A DNA stretch of 64,000 nt from contig JAAYCJ010000133.1 of assembly GCA_012729815.1 (NCBI GenBank), forward strand, positions 3,956 to 67,955. Reading direction: 5' to 3'. The translations under genes were made by a program, and so were the position numbers. Positions 9,643-18,471 of this stretch are shown here, piece after piece (position 1 is the stretch's first letter; each line of letters starts with the position of its first letter). This DNA comes from Phycisphaerae bacterium. GTDB lineage: Bacteria; Planctomycetota; Phycisphaerae; JAAYCJ01. Below the pieces are notes generated by a model. The model did no database searches. It worked only from the letters and a program-made list of their open reading frames with translations, and was not told the origin of the DNA.

Positions 9643-9671
9643 TTGACGTAAACCGGTACAGACAGTATACT
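9643..9671 (+). promoter_or_regulatory. sigma70-like promoter candidate (TTGACG-N17-TATACT) for regulator/pseudopilin/glycosidase triad A
   Basis: TTGACG lies at 9643-9648, followed by a 17-nt spacer and TATACT at 9666-9671. This is 30 nt upstream of ATG 9701. Confidence 0.45.
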
Positions 9672-9672
9672 G

Positions 9673-9700
9673 CAATACAGATTGGCTGGAATCTGTATTG
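9673..9700. promoter_or_regulatory. perfect 11-bp inverted repeat (CAATACAGATT-N6-AATCTGTATTG), candidate operator
   Basis: The arms at 9673-9683 and 9690-9700 are exact reverse complements. The element sits between the -10 box and the start codon of the adjacent regulator gene. Confidence 0.45.
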
Positions 9701-10777
9701 ATGGGCGGTTCGATGACCAAGGCTGAGCGGGTATATCGGGAATTGCGGCAGCGGGTCGAGACGATGGACCGGGGCATGCGTTTCCCTTCGGTCCGGCAGG
9801 TGATTCGCGAGTTGGGGGTCAGCCAGGTCACGGTGGATCGGGCGTTGGATCGGTTGAGCGAGGAGGGTCTGATCGTTCGGCGGCCCAAGCGGGGGATCTT
9901 CATCGCCGGCGATGATGAGCCGGGACGAGAGGTTTCGACGCGGCGGATCGGCGTCGCCATTCCCGATTATCCTTCACCGGTGTATGAGAGCTACGCCCGG
10001 CATATGATGCGTCAGGTGGACGCAGCGGGGCACATGGTCAGGCTTCTGCGGTATTCCTGGCGGGATCGGGTGCCGCGCGGGTTGACTCTGGAACGGCTGG
10101 ACGGGCTGGTGCTGGTGCCGACGGGAACGCAATTCCATCCTGAAGATATCTACCGGATCAGCCGCATGGGCGTTCCGGTGGTGCTGATGGAGCGGCTGGT
10201 GCCGGGCGTGGTGATGGACTGCGTGGGGCCGGACAACGAGGGGGGCGGGGCGTTGGCGGCTTCGCACCTGATCGAGTTGGGCCATCGGCGGTTGGCGGTG
10301 CTGGTCTGCGAGCCGCGCGGAGTGACGCTGGAGGCTCGGGTGGCAGGTTTCCGCCGGCAGGTGGAGGCAAGCGGCTTGGCGTCGCCACGGGTGATTGATG
10401 GACACGTCGAGCCGGGCGAGTCGGCGGCGCTGAGGGCGTGCCTGGTGCTCAAGGGGGAGATCGAGCGTGAGGGCGTCACGTTTACCGGGCTGTTCGTGGT
10501 CAGCGACGGCAGTGCGATCGGGGCACTCAAGGCTTTGCACGACGGCGGGATCGGCATACCGGATCAGGTGAGCGTGGTCGGGTTCGGCGATATTCCGGAG
10601 GCGGCGGTGTACCATCCTTCGCTTACGACGATCCGTGAGGACACGGCGGCGATGGCGCATGCGGCGGTCGAGATCATCGAGCGGCGGCTCGACGGCGACC
10701 AGACGCCGGCGATTCAGCGGGTGCTGGCGCCGGATCTGGTGGTGCGCGAGTCGACGGGAGCGGTGAGGGATTGCTGA
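9701..10777 (+). CDS. AraR-like chimeric regulator (GntR-type wHTH plus LacI/PBP-type sugar-binding domain)
   Basis: The N-terminus RFPSVRQVIRELGVSQVTVDRALDRLSEEGLIVRRPKRGIFI is a GntR-type HTH. The C-terminal periplasmic-binding-protein-like fold includes VVSDGSAIGALKAL and VSVVGFGDIPEA. The start could also be TTG 9698 or ATG 9713. Confidence 0.8.
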   Translation: MGGSMTKAERVYRELRQRVETMDRGMRFPSVRQVIRELGVSQVTVDRALDRLSEEGLIVRRPKRGIFIAGDDEPGREVSTRRIGVAIPDYPSPVYESYARHMMRQVDAAGHMVRLLRYSWRDRVPRGLTLERLDGLVLVPTGTQFHPEDIYRISRMGVPVVLMERLVPGVVMDCVGPDNEGGGALAASHLIELGHRRLAVLVCEPRGVTLEARVAGFRRQVEASGLASPRVIDGHVEPGESAALRACLVLKGEIEREGVTFTGLFVVSDGSAIGALKALHDGGIGIPDQVSVVGFGDIPEAAVYHPSLTTIREDTAAMAHAAVEIIERRLDGDQTPAIQRVLAPDLVVRESTGAVRDC

Positions 10778-10800
10778 TTTCTGATTGTTGATTGCTGATT
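10773..10800 (+). repeat. four tandem heptamers nnTGATT (gcTGATT tcTGATT gtTGATT gcTGATT)
   Basis: Read directly from the sequence. It begins at the regulator stop codon and places TGA in all three frames (10775, 10782, 10789, 10796). It ends 14 nt before the pseudopilin ATG. Confidence 0.7.
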
Positions 10801-10814
10801 TGAGGAAGAAGAAG

Positions 10815-11570
10815 ATGAGCGGTCATACGGTTTCTCCAAATCCGAGATTCGGAATCCCAGATTCGAAATCATTTACATTGATCGAACTGTTGGTCGTGGT
10901 GGCGATCATCGCGGTTCTGGTCAGCCTGTTGATGCCGGCGCTGAGCGAGGTGCGGTTTGCCGCGAGGGCGATGACGTGTCTGAACAACTACCGGCAGATC
11001 GGGCTGGGCTTCAATCACTACGCCGCGGATCATTACGAGTGCCTTCCGCCGTTTGACCAGGGACCGATCAGCGGCGGCGTGACGCGATCGTGGAGCTACG
11101 TGTTGGTAGCGGGGGTTTCGGGCGGCTACGTGATGGTCGAGACGCCGAGCGTGTTGGTTTGCCCGATCTGTCACCCGGTGGTGTCGATGGACCAGAATAA
11201 CCGGCGGGTGCATGACCGGTCGTACGTGTACAATGACTGGCGGTGGATCAGCGGGGCGGACAATTCCAAGCCGCTCAAGCCCGACGATCTGCGGTATCCG
11301 GGCAACACGGTGTTGCTGTCGGAGTGGCCGAGCGCCAACGCGGTCGGGCTTCCCTACCCCAACGGTAACCCCAACCGCGGTGTGTGGTGGAACTCGGGTT
11401 GGGCCAACGTGCCTTACGTGCCGCCGGCGGCCCCGACGGCCAGACGCTATCTGGTTCCGGCCCATCACGAGCGGGTGGGTGTGCTGTTCGGCGACGGGCA
11501 CGCCGAGGCGGTCGGTTTTTGGGAGGGCGACCGGTACCAGTACATTCCGTATGACGGCTGGACGCCGTAA
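10815..11570 (+). CDS. DUF1559 / H-X9-DG prepilin-like protein (type IV pilin-like N-terminus)
   Basis: ATG 10815 follows AGGAAGAAGAAG. The N-terminus has [25 protein letters not shown]. The C-terminus has [13 protein letters not shown], which matches H-X9-DG. Confidence 0.85.
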   Translation: MSGHTVSPNPRFGIPDSKSFTLIELLVVVAIIAVLVSLLMPALSEVRFAARAMTCLNNYRQIGLGFNHYAADHYECLPPFDQGPISGGVTRSWSYVLVAGVSGGYVMVETPSVLVCPICHPVVSMDQNNRRVHDRSYVYNDWRWISGADNSKPLKPDDLRYPGNTVLLSEWPSANAVGLPYPNGNPNRGVWWNSGWANVPYVPPAAPTARRYLVPAHHERVGVLFGDGHAEAVGFWEGDRYQYIPYDGWTP

Positions 11571-11599
11571 GGGTATTGCGGCTTTGGCGGAGGTTTTCA

Positions 11600-13621
11600 A
11601 TGCGGCGAGCGGTATTTGTGTTGTCGGCGATGGTGTTGTTTTGTGGCGTTGCGCCGGCTGAGGAAGTGGTGTTGGAGACGGGCCGGTATCGGCTTGGCCT
11701 CCAGGAGAACGGCGGCGGGTTGAAGCTGGTCGATCGGACGAGCGGTCGGACGATCGTCGAGGACGGCAACGTCTGGTTCCGGCTTCACGATCAGGACGGT
11801 GTTTGTTGCGAGGTCGGCGAACAGGACGGGCCTCGGGTCCGCGTCGAGCGCGACGCCCATTGGATCGCGTTGGAGTGGTTGACACGGTCCGGACAGGTGA
11901 CCGTCGAGCTTCGGCTTTCTGATGACGACGGTCTGACGATGCGGATGTCGGTGAACCAGACATCCGATCGGCCGATCGTACGGATCGATTTCCCGCTGGC
12001 GGTGGTCGTCGACGAGCAGCGGTATCGCGAGCTGATCGCGGGCGATCACATCGGCGTGGCCATCGACATGGAGCGGTGGTTCGGTCGCGGCGGTTCGTTG
12101 GGTGACGGCATTCCGTATCCGACGGCCCACGCCGATCTGCTGGTGGCCCAGGGCAAGGACGGCGGGGGGAGTCTGGCGTTCTTCTGTCCGCACGTCGAGC
12201 GGCTGCTCGTGCCGTCGCACATCTGGTTCGGCCACGTCGGCGAGCACCGCGGAGCGTTTCGCCACACGTTTCATACTCACATTCCCGCCGACGTGACGTG
12301 GCATTCGCCGTCGATCCGGGTGCTGCCGGTTGCCGATGTGTTCGAGGCGTTGGACCGGTATCGGCGCGAGATCGGCCTGGACCGGGCGCCGGATCTGCGG
12401 GCCAAACTCGGCGACGCCTTCGACCGGGCGGCCCGGGCGGTGGTGATGAAGTACGAGTGCGACTGGCACGAGAAGAAGGCGATTCGCGAGTTCACCTCGA
12501 TGGTGGGCCCGCTGCCCTCGCCGCTGATCATCGAGCCGGTCAGTTGGTGGCCGTCGAAGTTTGATGACCACTATCCGGATTACTTCCCGATCAATGCGGA
12601 ACTGGGGACGGACGATGATTTCCGCAAAATGATCGACGACGCCCACGCGATGGGGCACGTCGTGATGCCGTTTGTCAGCCCCGGCCACTGGAGCCTTGGG
12701 GCTCCGACTACCGAGAAGGTCGGCCCGCAGGTCGCATCGCGCGGGCCGGACGGCGAGCCGTACATCTACGACGGCCGGCCGCACTACGGGGTCAATTACT
12801 GGGCCACGCCGTGGCATCCGCTGGTGGTCGAGAAGGCGGAGGAGGTTCTGCGGCGGCTGAAGGAGTTCGGCTGCGACGCCGTGTTCGCGGACATCGTTGG
12901 CAACTCGCACAAGGCGTGGGATTTCGCGCCGTCGTGTCCGAACCCGCGGGCGCACTTCGGCGGGATGATCCGGCTTGGCGAGGCGATGGCCCGCGTGTTG
13001 CCGATGACCACCGAGGGCGGTGACGACCTTCACTCAGCCAACTTCTGGGGCATGTTCCAGTTCTTCCTGAAGGTCAAGTACAAGTTCACCGGGTACCTTC
13101 CGTGGAAGTCGGCGGACGGTTACGACGATCGCTGGAAGACGATGGCGACTGAACAACAGATTCGGCTGTTCCCGTACAACAGCGCCCTGGCTTCGGGCCT
13201 GGCGATGGTCTATCCGCACAACCTGGGCCCGCCGATCTTCGAGCCGGAGATGCTGGCCGACAGCGTGGCGATGGGCATGGGCCTGTACATCACCTTCAAC
13301 GACGTCAAGACCGACAAACGCGACTGGCTGGAGTACCTGCACCACGTGCAGCAGGAAGTGGTCCGGCACTACTTCGGCCGGCGGATGACCGGTTTCGAAT
13401 ACGTGATTGACTACGACCGGGTCAGCCGGACCTCGTGGCCGGGCCTGGACCTCTACGTCAACCACGCCGATCAGCCGGTGAACCTGAGCGTCAACGGCCA
13501 AACGCACGAGCTGGGTTCTTACGAGATGCTTCGCGTGCTGAACGGCGAAACGGCGGTTATCCCCAATTTCACTCGCTGGTTGGCCCTGCGAGCCGCGACG
13601 GCCACCCAGCCGGGCAGGTAA
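11600..13621 (+). CDS. secreted hypothetical protein, probable TIM-barrel glycoside hydrolase-like
   Basis: GGAGG lies 7 nt upstream of ATG 11600. The signal peptide is MRRAVFVLSAMVLFCGVAPA. The central region (DDFRKMIDDAHAMGHVVMPFVSPGHW ... GCDAVFADIVGN) looks like a glycosidase barrel, but I cannot assign a family. Confidence 0.55.
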   Translation: MRRAVFVLSAMVLFCGVAPAEEVVLETGRYRLGLQENGGGLKLVDRTSGRTIVEDGNVWFRLHDQDGVCCEVGEQDGPRVRVERDAHWIALEWLTRSGQVTVELRLSDDDGLTMRMSVNQTSDRPIVRIDFPLAVVVDEQRYRELIAGDHIGVAIDMERWFGRGGSLGDGIPYPTAHADLLVAQGKDGGGSLAFFCPHVERLLVPSHIWFGHVGEHRGAFRHTFHTHIPADVTWHSPSIRVLPVADVFEALDRYRREIGLDRAPDLRAKLGDAFDRAARAVVMKYECDWHEKKAIREFTSMVGPLPSPLIIEPVSWWPSKFDDHYPDYFPINAELGTDDDFRKMIDDAHAMGHVVMPFVSPGHWSLGAPTTEKVGPQVASRGPDGEPYIYDGRPHYGVNYWATPWHPLVVEKAEEVLRRLKEFGCDAVFADIVGNSHKAWDFAPSCPNPRAHFGGMIRLGEAMARVLPMTTEGGDDLHSANFWGMFQFFLKVKYKFTGYLPWKSADGYDDRWKTMATEQQIRLFPYNSALASGLAMVYPHNLGPPIFEPEMLADSVAMGMGLYITFNDVKTDKRDWLEYLHHVQQEVVRHYFGRRMTGFEYVIDYDRVSRTSWPGLDLYVNHADQPVNLSVNGQTHELGSYEMLRVLNGETAVIPNFTRWLALRAATATQPGR

Positions 13622-13686
13622 CGGCCTCGCGCGGTTGAGCCGGCAAGACGACCATCACCGCGCCTTGCGGGCCCTCGGCAATACTC

Positions 13687-16380
13687 TCAGGGCAACTGCC
13701 AGACCGCCGCTCCGATATTCGAAACGGGCACCGGCAGCGTGCGCTGACGATCCGCGATCAGATCGATGACGGTCTTCGTCTCCAGCCGTTGCACGGTCAG
13801 ATCGACGGGCTTGCCGGACATGTTGAGAACGGCGACGACCTTCTTGCCATCCATTGTGCCGCAAAGCCAGTGGACACCCGAAGGTTCCTGCCCATCGGCG
13901 AGGGCCAGTTCGACCGCCGGCTGCACACCCGCTTCACTCGTGGCGGCGAGGATTTGCCTCGCCCAATCGCGGCCCTGGCTGTCAATCCGCTTCCAGAGCA
14001 GCGTCTCCGCCCGCTTCGGATCGACCGGCGTCCAGCCGGGAGTGCAGAATTCCAGGCTCCGCCCCACGCTGATGACCTTGCCGCCGGCTTTCACGAAATC
14101 GCCAAGTCCCTCAACGGTCCGCGGTTCGACCACGCGGGCCTCGGGCAGGATCAGCACCTTCACGTCGCCGAACTCGCGGCGGGCGATCTGGTTCTCCGAG
14201 AGGAACCGCACGCGCAGCCCGGTGGCGAAGAAGGCCTCCCACGCCGCCCGCCAGAGTGCGTGGTGTTCGTCGTGGTAGTAGAACGAGGCTGGGCTGTAGA
14301 TGATCGCGACCCGGCGCGGGGCCTCCTGGATCGCCGCCATCGCCGGGGCTGCCCGCATCAGGTCCAGGCCGCACCGCCCGATCGCGGCCATCGCAGCGGG
14401 ACGGATCGAAAGGTCCCAGTCGGCCATCGGGCCGCAGTTCGGCTCGTAGCACCAGGCGATGCTGACCGTCTGCCCGTGCATCGCCTGGGCGAAGAGGTCC
14501 GCGTAGTAACGCTGCGGCTCGATGGCGTTGAAGTTGCCGTCGGGGATGTGGATGTGGTTTTCGGAATTCACCTGCGGGGCCTTGAGGAACGACGGGAACA
14601 CGTCGTAGGTGATCCGCACGCCGCCGACGTCGTCAAAGCCGCAATAGTTCGTGAAATCGGCGAACATCTCGGGGTCGCAGCCGTCGCCCACGGGCAGGCC
14701 CCATCCCATCATGTAGCCGCCGGTGATCTTGGCGTGCACCTTCACGTTGGGAGCCAGGGTGTGGATGATGTCGGCCAGCCGCCGGTGCCAGTCGGCGAAG
14801 TAGAGGTTGTTGCACTGGTTGCGGTCGTAGAGCCACGGCCGGTCCTTTTCAGCGTAGTAGCCGGGGCGGATCTTGTCCTGCGGAGGCAGCGGGACCTCGT
14901 AGAAGCTCCGGTACTCGGCGCCGCCGTAGGCCCGGTTCAGGTCGTCGATGCTCTTGTAGCGGTGCTGCAGATAGGCGAACCAATGCCGCATGAAGAACTT
15001 GTCATTAGGGATGGCCGTATGATGCGGCTCATTGCTCAGGATGATGCTGTGCAGCGAGGGGATGTCACGGATCGCTGGGAGCAGGGCGTGCATGTAGGCC
15101 TCGAACACGCTCCAGACGCCGGGATGGTCGGTGTTCCAGGCTCCGCCGGATTCTGCGGGCATGTAGTGGGGCGAGATCAGCAGCGAGACCGCGACGTTGT
15201 GCTCGGCGGCTTGGTTGAGCATCTCGACCACGCCCGCGATGGCGCTTGTGCTGACTTGCAGTGTGCCGTCCGGTTGCGGCTCAACGGTGCGAACCGCCTC
15301 GCCGCCGTCGCCGGCCCCGTAACTGCCCGGACCCATCTCCGGTCCGATCACATTGCCGCCGCGGTCGGGCCATTGCGGGATCTCGCGGACGATGGTGAAG
15401 AAATTCCCGTAGCCGGTGAAGATGACCGGACGGCGCACGATCCGACCCGTGGCTGGGTCCAGGACGTTGCCGATCTGGGCGTAGCCGTCGATCTCGATCG
15501 GGCCGGTCCGGTATCGCAGGGCGGGCGGGAAGGCCTTGGGGTCCTTTTCCAGGACGGCCAGGTCTTCGGCGAGGTCTTTCGCCACCTGGGCCAGTTCCGT
15601 CGTCATGATCGTTGCCTGGAGCAATTGGTTCTTTTCGACGCGGTCGTGGATGCGCGGGACGAACGATTCGATCAGCGAGAGCCGGACCAGCGGATAGTCG
15701 ACCCGCGCCCCGGCGCCGGCCAAAGAGTCGAGCTTCTGCCGCCAACCCGCTGCGTTTGCCTCAATTGGGCCCAGTTCGGCCAGGATCTTGTCCTTCTCCC
15801 ACGCCTTGATCGGCGGCTGAAGGGTCGGGTCGGTCGAGTGGCCCTGGACCACCACCTGGACGTCGTCGATCCAGATCGCCTCGGCTCTGCCCTCCAGGTT
15901 GATCATGATCGGAAGCTGCGTCTCGTCCGGGCCGGTGCGGTACCAGCCCATGAGCGGCTGCCAGTCGTATTTGCCGTGAGGCAGCGGATTACGCCACTGC
16001 CAACCAGCGCCGCCGCCGTACCAGCAATTGCCGCCGTGATCCACCGCCCGCACCCACAGCGAGACGATGTACTCGGTCATCGGCTCGCACGGGATGGTCT
16101 GGTGGAACGTCCCGTAGACCTGCGGTTCGACCGGCTGGTCGGCCGTGAATTTCACGCAGTACTCGCCCGAATGCGGATGGTCGGTCGAAAGCTCCATCGT
16201 CGCGTTCGCCTTGGGCGACGAGGAACCCCACGTCCAGCCGTCAGGCACGCCGTTGGTTTCGCCCTGCTCGAATCCGCCGTTGACGACCAGATCAATTCCC
16301 TTCTGGGACGGCGCCTCGGCCCTCGCCAGTGTGGAAAACAGGCAGACAAGGCACAGCAGGAAAGCAGCTTTGGCTGGCAT
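13687..16380 (-). CDS. secreted glycoside hydrolase, GH42/beta-galactosidase-like with N-terminal carbohydrate-binding-like module
   Basis: ATG 16380 gives the signal peptide MPAKAAFLLCLVCLFSTLARA. The N-terminal module has NGGFEQGETNGVPDGWTW, which is CBM-like. A clan GH-A NEP block is present (SIILSNEPHH). The C-terminal region resembles a trimerisation domain (VKVLILPEARVVEP...DFVKAGGKVISVG). Confidence 0.65.
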   Translation of the reverse strand: MPAKAAFLLCLVCLFSTLARAEAPSQKGIDLVVNGGFEQGETNGVPDGWTWGSSSPKANATMELSTDHPHSGEYCVKFTADQPVEPQVYGTFHQTIPCEPMTEYIVSLWVRAVDHGGNCWYGGGAGWQWRNPLPHGKYDWQPLMGWYRTGPDETQLPIMINLEGRAEAIWIDDVQVVVQGHSTDPTLQPPIKAWEKDKILAELGPIEANAAGWRQKLDSLAGAGARVDYPLVRLSLIESFVPRIHDRVEKNQLLQATIMTTELAQVAKDLAEDLAVLEKDPKAFPPALRYRTGPIEIDGYAQIGNVLDPATGRIVRRPVIFTGYGNFFTIVREIPQWPDRGGNVIGPEMGPGSYGAGDGGEAVRTVEPQPDGTLQVSTSAIAGVVEMLNQAAEHNVAVSLLISPHYMPAESGGAWNTDHPGVWSVFEAYMHALLPAIRDIPSLHSIILSNEPHHTAIPNDKFFMRHWFAYLQHRYKSIDDLNRAYGGAEYRSFYEVPLPPQDKIRPGYYAEKDRPWLYDRNQCNNLYFADWHRRLADIIHTLAPNVKVHAKITGGYMMGWGLPVGDGCDPEMFADFTNYCGFDDVGGVRITYDVFPSFLKAPQVNSENHIHIPDGNFNAIEPQRYYADLFAQAMHGQTVSIAWCYEPNCGPMADWDLSIRPAAMAAIGRCGLDLMRAAPAMAAIQEAPRRVAIIYSPASFYYHDEHHALWRAAWEAFFATGLRVRFLSENQIARREFGDVKVLILPEARVVEPRTVEGLGDFVKAGGKVISVGRSLEFCTPGWTPVDPKRAETLLWKRIDSQGRDWARQILAATSEAGVQPAVELALADGQEPSGVHWLCGTMDGKKVVAVLNMSGKPVDLTVQRLETKTVIDLIADRQRTLPVPVSNIGAAVWQLP

Positions 16381-16402
16381 GTGGAGGTCCTTGAAGACGG
16401 GA

Positions 16403-17170
16403 TTAGTAGTCATTGAAGATCGTGGCCCAGACGCCCGCTTCATCCGGCAGACCGATCGACCACGCCCCGGCTCCGTACTTGCCGCGGTAGTGGTCGACTT
16501 GCCAGGTCCGCACGTGGCCGTCGAGGTAGTTCACGTTGCACGCGATCCGGTGGGGGCCGGGCGAGAGGAGCGCCCCAGCCTGGCCGATGTTGCAGGTGAA
16601 GATCGGATCGCCCGCGTTGGCTTCGCTCGTGCGGATGACCGAGCCGTGGATCCAGACCGCTGGGTAGTGCATCCAGTTGGGAGGGCCCGGCAGGTTTGGC
16701 TCGGACGGATCGAGCAAACAGGGCGACTTATCGCCGTAGGCGTCGCCGGGAAGGGCGCGGATGCCCCGAAGGGTCGTCCGGTCGTCGCAGGTCAGCAGCC
16801 CCGCGCTGATCGGCACCGGTCCGTATCCGGTCGCTCCGTCGGCGTAGCCGCTGACGTCCCACCGCGAGCACTGCTCCGGAGCGTCGTTGTAGGGGCCGAC
16901 TGGCGACTCGCCGTTGGGTCCGTAGATGCGGAACAGCGGCGTGAAGAAGTCGTTGTACATCCCCGAGTAGATCACCTCGCCTTGCCCGATGCTGCGGAAG
17001 TTGCCCGCACAGGCGATCAGCCTCGCCCGCTCCCTGGCTGCGGCCAGAGCCGGAAGCAGGATGGCCACCAGCACGGCGATGATCGCCACGACGACGAGAA
17101 GCTCGATCAACGTGAAACAGGCCGTGCGGCCCCGCGGACCGTGTTTCAGAGACTTGTCGCGATCGTTCAT
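16403..17170 (-). CDS. DUF1559 / H-X9-DG prepilin-like protein
   Basis: ATG 17170 gives [42 protein letters not shown]. The C-terminal [13 protein letters not shown] matches H-X9-DG. The start overlaps the upstream regulator stop (ATGA). Confidence 0.85.
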   Translation of the reverse strand: MNDRDKSLKHGPRGRTACFTLIELLVVVAIIAVLVAILLPALAAARERARLIACAGNFRSIGQGEVIYSGMYNDFFTPLFRIYGPNGESPVGPYNDAPEQCSRWDVSGYADGATGYGPVPISAGLLTCDDRTTLRGIRALPGDAYGDKSPCLLDPSEPNLPGPPNWMHYPAVWIHGSVIRTSEANAGDPIFTCNIGQAGALLSPGPHRIACNVNYLDGHVRTWQVDHYRGKYGAGAWSIGLPDEAGVWATIFNDY

Positions 17171-18309
17171 GCCGATTGTCCTTCGATCACTTCCACCGGG
17201 ATGCGGATGTGCACCGGTCCGACGGTGCGGTCGACGGTCAGGCGGTGCAGCAGGGATGCGGCGGTGTATCCGATGCGGCGGCTTGGCAGTTCGACCGTGG
17301 TCAGCGGGGGAGCGAGGCACCGTCCCATCGGCGTGTCGGCCCCCTCAGCCGCGACGGCCACGTCGATCCCGATCCGCAGCCCGCGCCGTCGGGCCGCCTC
17401 GTAGACCGCCCGGCCGATGTAGTCGTTGAGGCACAGCACGCTGATCGGCGGGCGGCTCTCCGCCAGCAGGCGCTGGGCGGTTGCCAAAGACGTCAGCCAG
17501 CACTTCTCGGCGTCCCAGAACGTCGGATCGCTGTCGTCGTCGCCGAACTGGTACGTGTGCGAGTCGACCAGTTCGCCGAACCCCGCCTCGGTCATCGCCT
17601 GCCGGTGGGCCGCATAGCGCTCCCGCACGTCCTCGTACTTGGGGGCCGAGCCGATGCAGTACACCGGCCGACGGTGCCTCTCGATCAGGTAGTGCGTGAG
17701 CAGTTGCGTTGACCCGGCGTCGTCGGCGGTGACCGTACTGAGGTTCAGTTCGCTGAAGCTCCGCAGGGCCACCAGCGGCATGCCTGTCTCCTGCAGCCGT
17801 CGGATCGCCTCACCGTAGTCCCCGCGGGCGTACGGGAAGACGATCGCACCCTCGACGCCCAATTTTGGGAGTTGTTCCAGGGTCCGCAGGGCGTCCTCGT
17901 GGCCCTTGGTTGAGCGATGGACGTGCAGGTCGATCCGGTGCGCCTTGGCGTATTCCACCGCCCCCTGCTGGATGTGCGTGTTGTGATAGTTGGTTGATCC
18001 CGCCCAAACGACGGCCAACGCCAGCTTGCCGCCGACTGCTTCGAAATCCCCGGGCAAACCGTCGCCATCGGCCTCCGTGGCCAGCGGCACCCAGACCCCC
18101 CGCTGCGAACGCTTGACCAGGTACCCCGTCTCGATCAGCATGTCCAAAGCCCGCCGCATGGTGGCCCGCGAGACACCGTAGGCCTCAGCCATCTCATTTT
18201 CTGCCGGCAACAAGGCCCCGGCCTGGTAGCGAGACTCCCGGATGTCCTCCAGAAGTCGATCGCTCAGCCGCACCGCTTTGCTGTTATACGTATTACCGAG
18301 GTTTCCCAT
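17167..18309 (-). CDS. AraR-like chimeric regulator (GntR-type wHTH plus LacI/PBP-type sugar-binding domain)
   Basis: [41 protein letters not shown] is a GntR-type HTH, and a PBP-like domain follows. I prefer ATG 18309 over TTG 18318. Confidence 0.8.
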   Translation of the reverse strand: MGNLGNTYNSKAVRLSDRLLEDIRESRYQAGALLPAENEMAEAYGVSRATMRRALDMLIETGYLVKRSQRGVWVPLATEADGDGLPGDFEAVGGKLALAVVWAGSTNYHNTHIQQGAVEYAKAHRIDLHVHRSTKGHEDALRTLEQLPKLGVEGAIVFPYARGDYGEAIRRLQETGMPLVALRSFSELNLSTVTADDAGSTQLLTHYLIERHRRPVYCIGSAPKYEDVRERYAAHRQAMTEAGFGELVDSHTYQFGDDDSDPTFWDAEKCWLTSLATAQRLLAESRPPISVLCLNDYIGRAVYEAARRRGLRIGIDVAVAAEGADTPMGRCLAPPLTTVELPSRRIGYTAASLLHRLTVDRTVGPVHIRIPVEVIEGQSA

Positions 18310-18471
18310 ATCCTCCAAAAATGCGCATTATAGTCATAATTGTCAACATTAATGTCATATTCTTCGGGCAAGGAACTAGCGGTGGGACAGCCAACGGTAG
18401 AGCTATTGTGTTAACTGATGTGAATTCAGCTACTTATGCTGCGTTGCTGGGCCTGGTCGGGCCGGACCCGG

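Noticed and set aside
8752-9960. The full 402-aa ORF as the Fpg coding sequence.
   Set aside because: The 137 residues upstream of MPELPEVE are Arg/Ser/Thr-rich and low in complexity, and they run across the divergent promoter and into the neighbouring regulator gene. Fpg chemistry requires Pro at position 2 after Met removal, which fixes the start at 9549.
13789-16416. Very long ORFs antisense to confident genes. Examples are 13789-16416 (+), 43916-46774 (-), 37281-39395 (-), 25892-27934 (-), 28028-29476 (-), 5454-6920 (-), 19837-21642 (-), 19824-21386 (+), 527-1648 (+), 7011-8087 (+) and 47926-49014 (-).
   Set aside because: Their translations are Arg/Pro/Gly/Ala-rich and low in complexity, with no recognisable motifs. 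Each lies opposite or out of frame to a gene with clear family signatures. This is the expected stop-codon-poor shadow-frame pattern of high-GC DNA.
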